Shown here: piece by piece, positions 55,467 through 64,000 of the stretch
How positions within the stretch are numbered: the stretch's first letter is position 1
How the letters are laid out: each line of letters begins with the position of its first letter
NCBI GenBank assembly: GCA_023920165.1
Contig: CP089277.1
Location: 4,340,001-4,404,000, forward strand
Length of the DNA stretch: 64,000 nt
Direction: 5' to 3'
Source: Curvularia clavata
Lineage: Eukaryota
The notes under the pieces: generated by a model
What the model was told of the DNA's origin: nothing
Seen by the model: the letters and a program-made list of their open reading frames with translations, nothing else
Databases searched by the model: none
Translations under genes and position numbers: made by a program

Positions 55467-58400
55467 TTAAATTTTGTCATCCTGCAGTGAAGTCATATCC
55501 TCTGTGCCTTGTTCCCATGCCGTGATCCACTTGCCAAGGGAACGTGGGGGTCCCGGTTTGGTGGGATGTTGTTCATGGAAGAGTTTGAGCTTGTGTGGGG
55601 CTCCCATGAAGTTTGAGGCTGGGTACCAGGTAGGATCCGGGTCATGTCCGACCCACCGTACTTGGTATTTTAGGTTTGAGCGGTACAACTTGCTTGCTAG
55701 GATTTCTTCTACCTCCCATTCTTCCACGCCTTGGATGGGAGTTGCTGGGGGCTTTGGAGGTTCTTGTCCTGGGAGGGGGTCTTGAGGATCTTTGCATAAT
55801 AGATCCGGGGCGAAGACATCATGGATCCGGGACCTTTTCGGAAGGTCCAAGCGGTATGAATGTCCTACCTTCTCAAGTACCCTGAAGGGTCCCTCCCATT
55901 TGGAGGATAGCTTCCTACTCGGACGGTCTGACGCGAGGTTCCGGGTACTTAGGAAGACCATGTCTCCCACATCCCAGTCAACAGAACGACGATGGCGGTT
56001 GACTGTGGTTCGCATCCTGTCCTGGGCTTTCTCCATTTGTTCCTTAGCTACCTTCCATGCGTCGTGCATGCGGGTAGCCATTTCCAATGCATCCTTATGG
56101 TTGAGTTTGTCAGTGGGGGTGAGAAGGCTGGTGGAATGTTTCCAGTCCCAACTCTGCCGGGGTTCGGAACCATATAGGATGTGGTACGGGGACATGCCAA
56201 TGGAAGAATGTGGTAGGGAAATTTGAGCACGATCGATCAAAGGTAGAAGTCCACTCCAGTTGTCTTGGTAGTAGGATACGAATGGGCGCAACCTCTGATC
56301 GATGTACTTATTCATAATCTCTGTCTGACCATCCGTTTCTTTGTGGTAGGCGGTTGACAGCTTGACCTTAACGCCTAGGATTCGGCAGAATTCCGACCAG
56401 AAGCTTGAAATGAACTGTGGTCCTCGGTCAGAGACTATGGTTTCAGGTGTGTGGCCAAATCGGTACACCCATTGAACGAATAGGTCGGCCATTCCCCTTG
56501 CATCAATAGTCTTGTGGCAGGGGATGGAGATGGCCTGCTTAGATAACCGGTCGATCACGACCATGATCATGTCGTAACCGGATCGGTCTCGGGGAAATTC
56601 CTTAAAGTCGATGCACAGGTGCTGCATCGGCCGGTCAGGAATTGGCAAAGGATGAATCATCCCTGGAATTCGGGTCTGTCTAGGATGGGCCTTCCTACAG
56701 GCTATGCAATTCCGCACATACCTTTTACAGGTGGATTCCATACCCTTCCAGTGGTACTTCTGGGACAGTAGTTGGTAGGTCTTCTTTGCACTGGGGTGCG
56801 CTGAGGATACCTGGTCGTGTACTTCCCGAATGAGGCGAGTCACAAGGGTAGAGGTGGAAGGAATGCATAGGCGGTTGGAATAGAGCAGGAGTCCGTTTTC
56901 GATCCGGTATCTGTCCGGAAGGGACCTTCGCTCTGCCCCAAACGAGGCTCGGTTCTCTTGTAGGATAGACTCGATCAGCTCCAGCGAATCGAGGGACATC
57001 GGCTCCGATATGGGCTCAACTACAAGTAAGGAGAAAGATTCCGCTTGGAGTTGGGCTACATAGGTCTTAGCAAGTTCGGAGTTGATTCGGTTGTCAAGTC
57101 GGTGCGGTCCCAGGAGGACCCGCGAACGGTTGTCAATTTGGGCTGTCTTCAGATTCCCCACATCTTGCTCCCGTCGGGAGAGGATGTCAGCACGAGCATT
57201 ATCCTTTCCGGGGGTGTATCGGATGTGGAAATTGAAGGATGCCAACTCTTCCGCCCATCGCACCTGGCGGGCATTCAGAACTTTGGTAGTCATGAAGTAT
57301 TCAAGGGAACGGTGGTCTGAGTACACGTCGACACGAGAGCGTACCGACAGCAGTTCAGGTCGCCACTTGCTAAACGCCGTTACGATGGCGAATAGTTCTT
57401 TGTCGTGTATTTCCCAGTTCAGCTCAGACCCGGATAGGACCTTGCTGAAGAATGCTACAGGACACCAATTTCCATTTGGCTGCTTTTGGGAAAGAACGCC
57501 TGCCACAACGCCATCGGACGCGTCGGTCTCCACCTTGGTATCATACTCTGGATGGTAGTGGTACAAGGTGGGAATTGCCAGCAGTGCAGATTTTAACCTT
57601 TCAAAGGCTTGGTCGCACTCCGAATCCCATACGAATGGTCTTGAGGGGCTCTGGAGGGCGAGGAGAGGTTTCGCAATTCGCGAGTATTCAGGAACGAACT
57701 GCCTGTAGAACCCAGTGAACCCTAGGAACGACTTCACACCAGTAACGGTGGTAGGTCGGACCCAATCTTGAAGGGCTTCCACCTTGTCAGGGTCCACCTC
57801 TAGACCTTGGTTGGTCAAAATGTACCCTAGGTATTTGGTCCGAGTGACATGGAATTCGCTTTTCTTGATGTCAACTTGGAGACCGGCTTGCCTAAGCCTT
57901 TCCAAGACCTGTTGTACGTGGCGGGGGTGGTCCGGTTCCGATTCGGAGTAGATCAAAATGTCGTCTAGGTAGACTATGCAGAAGCTGTCTAGATAATCAA
58001 TCAACACATCATTCATGTAGCGTTGATATGTTGCAGGGCCGTTGCATAATCCAAAAGGCAACACTTTGGACTTGTAGGTTCCGTATCTAGTGCGGAACGT
58101 GGTGTACTCCTCCGAGTCGGGGTGCATTCGGATCTTGTTGAATGCCGCACGTATGTCGAGCTTGGTGAAGATTTTCGCCTTGTGGGTGCGGGCTAGAAGC
58201 TCGTCAATGCGTGGTATCGGATACGCATCCTTTCTGGTGATTGCGTTGAGTCGGCGGTAATCTACACAGATGCGAATGTCTCCGTTTGGCTTCCGAACAC
58301 AAAGGACTGGGGAGGCGAAGGGGCAGTGGCTTGGGTCAATGTGTCCTTTCCTAAGGTTTTCCATTACGAACGTCTTGGTGGCTTCGAGTTCTTCAGTGCT

Positions 58401-59402
58401 CTGCTTGTACAGAGGACTGAATTGATTCGGAAGAGGTTCGGTCAGCACAATCTTATGATCGTATGGGCGATGTTCGGGCAGTAGCTCTGCCGCTGTCTTG
58501 CTGAAGACATCGCGGTACGAATGGTAAGCGGATGGAAGTCGGTCCCGAACAAGTTTGGCGTTTTCGGGATCGTCTGGCTTCATGCGCTCTTCTAAGATGC
58601 GATCGATCTCATAGATACTTGTCGTGAAGAACTCGTTTTCCTTACGCTTCATAGAATAATGGAAAGCATTTGCCGAAATGATGGCGATACGGGGTGAAGA
58701 TGTTGGTCGGATAGGGTCCGGAGTAGGGTCGGGAACAGGTAGTGGTAGACGAACCTTGGGAAGTTTGAGGCATCCTCTAATTCTTCGCATGAGAGCTTTG
58801 CGAGGACTGTTTTGCCTACGGTAGTTGTCCTTTTCCCATAGTGCGTCTCGCCTCTGTATGTCCCGTTCCACATCAGCATCGATGGAAGGTTGTTTCAACT
58901 GTACAAGGATAGGTGGCGCGGGATCATATGTTGGAGGGTACTTGGCCGGCCATACGATCCGGTTCCGGCTCGTATCAAGCCTAAGCTGGAAACGTCTTAA
59001 CCACTTGATTCCAATTATGCAGTCCTGTGTCCCTAGATCCATGATCACGAAGGGACAGTTGTAAATCTTTCTTCCATCGATTCGGATATGTAACCGAATA
59101 TATTTGTCTACCCTAGTTTGGACTTGGTCCTGAAATCCTTTGACTGTGATCTTGAAGGGAAGTCTTCGGATGGGGACCTGAAGGGAGCCGGAGAGGGTAC
59201 GAGCAATAGCAGAATTTAAGAATAAAAAGCCTTGGGCTCCAGTGTCAACTAAGGAGTGCAAGCTGACACCAAACCCTTTCGAACAAAGAACGGTGGGTAC
59301 TAGGAAGTGTTTTCCTCCGAACAAGTGGGATAAATCAATTTTAGCTAGATCGTACTTGTTCATGCCTAGGGCGGAGAGTTTTCCTAGGCCTGGTGGTTTC
59401 CC
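55467..59402 (-). CDS. Pol polyprotein (PR-RT-RNaseH-IN-chromodomain), -1 frameshift
   Basis: LVDTGA, YLDD, ETDASD, HKETDGQTE and chromodomain WEVEEILA…YQVRWVG. Slippery G GGA AAC at 59396-59402. Confidence 0.93.
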   Translation of the reverse strand, partial: GKPPGLGKLSALGMNKYDLAKIDLSHLFGGKHFLVPTVLCSKGFGVSLHSLVDTGAQGFLFLNSAIARTLSGSLQVPIRRLPFKITVKGFQDQVQTRVDKYIRLHIRIDGRKIYNCPFVIMDLGTQDCIIGIKWLRRFQLRLDTSRNRIVWPAKYPPTYDPAPPILVQLKQPSIDADVERDIQRRDALWEKDNYRRQNSPRKALMRRIRGCLKLPKVRLPLPVPDPTPDPIRPTSSPRIAIISANAFHYSMKRKENEFFTTSIYEIDRILEERMKPDDPENAKLVRDRLPSAYHSYRDVFSKTAAELLPEHRPYDHKIVLTEPLPNQFSPLYKQSTEELEATKTFVMENLRKGHIDPSHCPFASPVLCVRKPNGDIRICVDYRRLNAITRKDAYPIPRIDELLARTHKAKIFTKLDIRAAFNKIRMHPDSEEYTTFRTRYGTYKSKVLPFGLCNGPATYQRYMNDVLIDYLDSFCIVYLDDILIYSESEPDHPRHVQQVLERLRQAGLQVDIKKSEFHVTRTKYLGYILTNQGLEVDPDKVEALQDWVRPTTVTGVKSFLGFTGFYRQFVPEYSRIAKPLLALQSPSRPFVWDSECDQAFERLKSALLAIPTLYHYHPEYDTKVETDASDGVVAGVLSQKQPNGNWCPVAFFSKVLSGSELNWEIHDKELFAIVTAFSKWRPELLSVRSRVDVYSDHRSLEYFMTTKVLNARQVRWAEELASFNFHIRYTPGKDNARADILSRREQDVGNLKTAQIDNRSRVLLGPHRLDNRINSELAKTYVAQLQAESFSLLVVEPISEPMSLDSLELIESILQENRASFGAERRSLPDRYRIENGLLLYSNRLCIPSTSTLVTRLIREVHDQVSSAHPSAKKTYQLLSQKYHWKGMESTCKRYVRNCIACRKAHPRQTRIPGMIHPLPIPDRPMQHLCIDFKEFPRDRSGYDMIMVVIDRLSKQAISIPCHKTIDARGMADLFVQWVYRFGHTPETIVSDRGPQFISSFWSEFCRILGVKVKLSTAYHKETDGQTEIMNKYIDQRLRPFVSYYQDNWSGLLPLIDRAQISLPHSSIGMSPYHILYGSEPRQSWDWKHSTSLLTPTDKLNHKDALEMATRMHDAWKVAKEQMEKAQDRMRTTVNRHRRSVDWDVGDMVFLSTRNLASDRPSRKLSSKWEGPFRVLEKVGHSYRLDLPKRSRIHDVFAPDLLCKDPQDPLPGQEPPKPPATPIQGVEEWEVEEILASKLYRSNLKYQVRWVGHDPDPTWYPASNFMGAPHKLKLFHEQHPTKPGPPRSLGKWITAWEQGTEDMTSLQDDKI

Positions 59403-60574
59403 GCCCGGTCCTCCTCCGATAAGTATTCGTGTGCTTCTTCGAATTCTTCCTTCTCTGCTTCGATTTCTCGAACCCGAGGAATGGGGCACTCATTCGCATA
59501 ATGTCCAGGTTTTCCGCAGTTATAGCAATTGCTAGTAGTCGGTTTGCTATCCAGTGCGGGGGTCTTTGAAGGGAACCTGGGGGTATTAGAATGAGCGCGA
59601 GATTGGGTCGGAGCTGGTTCGGATCGGACTCCATAAGTGTTTGGGCGGTAGTCCCGGTATTGACTGACGCGGGGCTTCGTTGGTGGAGTACGAGAATTAT
59701 TGGAAGTGGGTTCCGAACCGTGTCCGAAAGGAGTGTTCCTTCTTTCGGTATCGAAGGCAGTAAGGTGTTGTATCATCTTGTCAAAGGAGTTGTTCCACTG
59801 GTGTTTAAATCCCAAGTTTGGAACACGCAAGGCGGGGGTAATTTTTTCCCATAAGTAGAAAAACCACTCCGACTTCGATACGGATCCTTTGACGGCAGCA
59901 CTTATAAATTTTGCCTTAAATTCAGCGAAGGTTTCCTTTTTGTCCATGAGCAAGCGGTGGAAAGCAGCGCGGCTTTCCGCTTGCTCGTTGCCGGATACGA
60001 AGTATGATTTTAGAGTAGCTATCATATCTTCGGCGTTTTGGAACCGGTCCTCCACCGAATCGGCTAGGTACTGTGGTTCCAGGTATCCCTTGGCGATACC
60101 TGTAGTATGTCCCCAGACTAGAGCCATGCGTGCGCGTTCACTCCGATAATGGTCCGCGTTGATTGTTAAGCGGTCCTCTATTGACGCTTGCCATTGGCGG
60201 AACGTAGGTTCTGTTCCATCACTAAGGTTATCAATGGAAGGGGTACGTTCTGTGAGTTTGACACGTAGCAGGTCCGGGGTTGCTGACTGGTACCTTCCGA
60301 ATTGAGTTTCGGTTGGTTCAGCGATAGTCGGTGGTGATTCGGTGGAGGGGAGAGGTTGATCTGGGGCTGCGGTGTTTTGGCGGGACAGCCGTGCGATTTG
60401 TTCGTTTAGCCTGTCGATCTCTGCCCGAAGGAGGCTAGTCTCATCCTCTTCCGAATCCTCTTCCTCTTCGACGGCTGGCGGTTTGCCAGGCGTCTTCTCT
60501 CTTGACTTCGAATCTTGGAAGCGCGGCGACTTCCTGGAAAGCTCTCCTGAGCCGGATGGGGTTCGGTCAGCCAT
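59384..60574 (-). CDS. Gag with CCHC knuckle
   Basis: CYNCGKPGHYANEC; located directly upstream of pol inside the LTRs. Confidence 0.92.
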   Translation of the reverse strand: MADRTPSGSGELSRKSPRFQDSKSREKTPGKPPAVEEEEDSEEDETSLLRAEIDRLNEQIARLSRQNTAAPDQPLPSTESPPTIAEPTETQFGRYQSATPDLLRVKLTERTPSIDNLSDGTEPTFRQWQASIEDRLTINADHYRSERARMALVWGHTTGIAKGYLEPQYLADSVEDRFQNAEDMIATLKSYFVSGNEQAESRAAFHRLLMDKKETFAEFKAKFISAAVKGSVSKSEWFFYLWEKITPALRVPNLGFKHQWNNSFDKMIQHLTAFDTERRNTPFGHGSEPTSNNSRTPPTKPRVSQYRDYRPNTYGVRSEPAPTQSRAHSNTPRFPSKTPALDSKPTTSNCYNCGKPGHYANECPIPRVREIEAEKEEFEEAHEYLSEEDRAGNHQA

Positions 60575-61301
60575 CGACGGTTGTCTTCGTGGCTGATGGG
60601 TTTTTGGTAGTCTCCGAGTCTCTACCTTGGCGCAATCTACGCGACTTCTCCGAAGTTAACCTGACTGCAATCAGTACAGGAGGTCCAAACCCAAAGGCTT
60701 CGGTCGGCGGGAGATCGAAGGGATCCCGCCTGTGTGTGAATGTGGGACGTAACGGTGTGAAGTATCCGGAGCGGTTCCGGAGGGACTTGGGCTTGGGCGC
60801 GGTCTCAACAAACAAGCTGCGATATTGTTTTGAAGGCCGTCACCGGCTGGGACGAGATTTTTGATATAATGTAACGGCGCGAGCAAGACTAGTCGAATCG
60901 GTTCCGGTGGGAAGTGTCACTCAAATGCATATGGAAGTGCGTGGGACAGCAGAAACACCTTGGATTCGGTAGACACTCATAGGCCTGGTACGAAAGGATA
61001 TCAAAAATCTACCGAACATCTATGGAAGGTACCTGGTACTTATACCTGGGTGCGGGTCTTCATCGGGTCTGACCCGGCTCTCAATCGGATCTTGATAAGC
61101 TGCCCTGGCTGGGGTATGTTTTGGTCTATGCATGGTTACAGTTTTGTGCACTAGGGCAACGTCGTACGACTAGATTCGTGTCGGCAGAGCAACCAAAATA
61201 AGTAGAAATGTAAACAGCGATCTATTTACTGCTACGTAGCAGCAATATATAAGAGGCTTAGTGGATAGACGTAAATATATTAATGCTGGTCAGAATAAGC
61301 T

Positions 61302-61605
61302 AAAGGCCCCTTTTTGGACTCAGTCAAAACCTATCAAACCTAGCCAAAGACACCTTTTTGGACTCAGTCAAACCAGTCAAACCAGTTAAATCAGTCAAAG
61401 TCAGTCAAAAGCCCCTTTTTGGACTCAGTCAAACCAGTCAAACCAGTTAAATCAGTCAAAGTCAGTCAAAAGCCCCTTTTTGGACTCAGTCAAACCAGTC
61501 AAACCAGCCAAACCAGCCAAACCAGTCAAACCAGTTAAACCAGTCAAACCAGTTAAACCAGTCAAACCAGTCAAACCAGTCAAAGGCCCCTTCTGATGGA
61601 CTTAG
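61302..61605. repeat. Compound minisatellite: 9-bp (cagtcaaac)n nested in ~61-bp units headed by gcccctttttggact
   Basis: Direct reading. Confidence 0.9.
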
Positions 61606-63266
61606 TGAAAATAAGCGTTTAAGGTGAGAGAAAGTGAGAGACGTTTAGCTGCTCATATCACGTCAAAATGAGCGTTTGAAATGGGAAAAGCTGGCCTGTA
61701 ATATATGTATTAAATCTCTAAGGATAATGTAATATTCTAAATCTGATAGTTCTATATATTTCAAAACATTCTCCAAATTCCCATCAATCAAGCCTGCCGA
61801 CCTACTCTCAAAACTCGACTTGAGAGCTTCGCTTCAATCCACGACTGCGACAAAAAAAAAGCGACTGGCAAAAAAAGAAAGTCTGGCCAAGCGCTATCTG
61901 TAATCCCTTACCCCCCTACTCTTAGACTGGCTACTAACTTCTACTTAGACACGATTCTACCATGGCTACTTCTGATCGTGGCTATCTCCTTCTAAGCTGG
62001 TTCAATCATAAAGAGCGTCGGGACTACTATTACAAGGCGTACAGCTCAACTCCAGACGCTCTTGACATTGTCATTCACGCTGCTGTAGTAAGTTGCTCTC
62101 CTATACCAAAAAGAATAGTATACTAACAGTTCTCTAGTTCCAAGAGGCTATCCACCGACTTCCAGACATTCCCGCCATCAATCTAGTAGAGAATGGTGGT
62201 GATACTGAGATAGCTGGAGATGTCTACAAAATCCATCTGAAGAAGGCTATTTCCTTTCCAGCTGCTTTCCAGCTTAATGGCTATGTCGACTTTCTTGAAT
62301 ATCTATCTTCTTTACATTTCCTCTCTTAAAAAGTCAAAATTAATCTCAAGTTAGGTCGCCTAGGGACGTACAGAATGGCTGTACTAAGACTTCGCCAACT
62401 ACCTATCTCAAGTACTGTCGGATCTAGATTGATGATGAGGGTTGCTGTCAGGAGGGAGATTGTCTTGCGCACTATCTTGATTCTCAGCTGTTCTTTCTTC
62501 TAAGTCCGCCATGGCTAGTACTTCCACATATGGTTCCTGAGGTGGCTCAAGAGTTTCTAGGCTAGAAACTCAATGACTAGCTAAGGCGGATGCAAGAGGG
62601 GGAATAAGGGGTTACTAATGTACAACAGTTTCTAAAAGGAGTTAAAGGACTTGCTTTTTACTTACTTTTTTACTTACTTATCTTAAGGTTTTTCTAATCA
62701 AGAGTTGGTTTTTGGATTACTGTGATAAAAGACTGTGATAATTAATAGTAGGGAAAATCGTATTAATTGTTCTGTCTTCTAGCAGCACGTAGGCGCGCTG
62801 CCTTATAAGCGCTATCGCTATTACTTTTTATATTAGGTAGATGGCTGAGTATTAATCTCGCCTAGAAGTAGGTCTTGGCGCTTAGAATCCGGGTATGATC
62901 GAGCACCTGGATTCTGTAGCGTACTCAACAGCGCGACCCCCTACTAGGGATGTTAGTGTTAGGGCAACTGTTGCTCTCTCCCGACTCTCCCCACCACATT
63001 ACTTTCTCCTCAATAGCAGTGCAATAGGATCTAACAACGACGCCAGATGGGGGTATTGTAGAAAGTTTTCTAGCTACCCCCCAGGTATCTTTCTTCTACT
63101 AGTCGTTGTGTGAGATTTAGATAAGAGCTTGACCCCAGCAACGCTGTTGCTAAGAGAACCGGGGTAACGTCGGACAACTAACCGAAACAAACAGAAATGT
63201 AAATAGCCAACAATTCACTACTACGCAGCACCCACAACGTTGCTTATACTGTGATTACTGACTACT

Positions 63267-64000
63267 ATGGATCTATTTAGAGAGATTTTTGTATATTTGC
63301 CTACACATTGCATAGCGATATGCAAGAGCCATAAGCAAGGCGTCGTAAAGTCGCAGCTGCGCACCCACTTAGACACTAAGCACCAGGAGCTGGCCCCCCA
63401 TACACGGCGCAGCATGGTGCAAGCCACTAGCCAGGAGCCATGGCTGCGCAACTGGGCCGAGAGTGCAGACCAGGTCATGTTTCCACGTCCAGATGCTGCG
63501 CCGCTGCCCCATATGCCCGTGTACACAGACGGCTTGAAGTGCTGGGAGTGTGGATATATTTGCCGGCACGTGAAGAAGATGCAGGAGCATGGCCGGAACC
63601 ACCACAACTGGACTGGCAGCAACACACGCAGAGTCGGCCGTCCAGCAGCTATACAGCAGAGGTGGACAGACAGCGTCATATGCCAGAAGTTTCAGAACAC
63701 CGGTACGCTGGGCCGGCTGTTTGAAGTCCAGAGCGCTGCACCCGCTGAGCCAGCAGATAGCGATGACGGGGAGACACAGCTAAGACGCGCATTTACTACT
63801 GCCATTACACAGATCGACCAAGTGATAGAGAGCAAAAAGGCTAGTAATGTCGTTGAAGAAGACGGCAGCCGGTGGGGATTCGAGGACTGGCTGGAACGAG
63901 CTGGCTGGGTACGGCACTTGAAGGGGCTGGACCGGCTGTGGCTGCTGGACATGGCACTAACACCCAGTTACCACGAACGGGCACTGCAGGACGTGTGCTG
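63267..64000 (+). CDS. DUF3505/OrsD-type Zn-finger N-terminus, as found in fungal telomere-linked/RecQ-like helicase genes (3'-truncated by the window)
   Basis: ATG at 63267, open to the window end and so absent from the track: MDLFREIFVYLPTHCIAICKSHKQGV…LRTHLDTKH…PLPHMPVYTDGLKCWECGYIC…MQEHGRNHH…VICQKF…LFEV…WLERAGWVRHLKG. Confidence 0.65.
   Translation, partial: MDLFREIFVYLPTHCIAICKSHKQGVVKSQLRTHLDTKHQELAPHTRRSMVQATSQEPWLRNWAESADQVMFPRPDAAPLPHMPVYTDGLKCWECGYICRHVKKMQEHGRNHHNWTGSNTRRVGRPAAIQQRWTDSVICQKFQNTGTLGRLFEVQSAAPAEPADSDDGETQLRRAFTTAITQIDQVIESKKASNVVEEDGSRWGFEDWLERAGWVRHLKGLDRLWLLDMALTPSYHERALQDVC

Larger units (their letters stand above)
53945..61140 (-). mobile_element. Full-length Ty3/gypsy chromovirus LTR retrotransposon 2
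   Basis: 271-bp LTRs at 53945-54215 and 60870-61140 (TG…CA, identical by eye), 5-bp TSD GTTTT, PPT at 54216-54229, intact gag and pol. Confidence 0.97.

Noticed and set aside
61962..62608. Small multi-exon gene relic (MATSDRGYLLLSWFNHKERRDYYY…)
   Set aside because: In-frame stops and no recognisable family; too weak to call.
1..64000. Starship captain (DUF3435 tyrosine recombinase), rRNA or tRNA genes
   Set aside because: No matching ORF or RNA-gene signature was seen in this window.

Overview
Filamentous ascomycete DNA with spliceosomal introns and RIP-like TA-rich relics, probably Pleosporales/Curvularia-like. 1-11.6 kb is the end of a cyclic depsipeptide cluster: the 3' part of a large NRPS (A-nMT-T-C-A-T-CT) and a convergent 3-exon O-methyltransferase. 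From memory these match kk1B/kk1A of the KK-1 cluster, which needs BLAST confirmation. The rest is an accessory, TE-rich compartment: three pogo/Fot1 elements (two intact, one decayed and hosting a nested copy), a decayed Tc1-like element, an NLR block at 21.8-39.6 kb, RIP-degraded relics, two young intact chromoviral Ty3/gypsy elements, minisatellites and the start of a DUF3505-type gene. Main observation: each of the three NLR-type genes (HET-NB-ARC-TPR, PP-amyloid-NB-ARC-TPR with a HELLP remnant, HET-NACHT-WD40) lies inside its own pair of long terminal inverted repeats flanked by TA. They look like non-autonomous 'Pack'-type DNA transposons whose cargo is a fungal immune receptor. Both LTR elements also carry antisense Zn-cluster-like/coiled-coil accessory genes. 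All alignments were done by eye.
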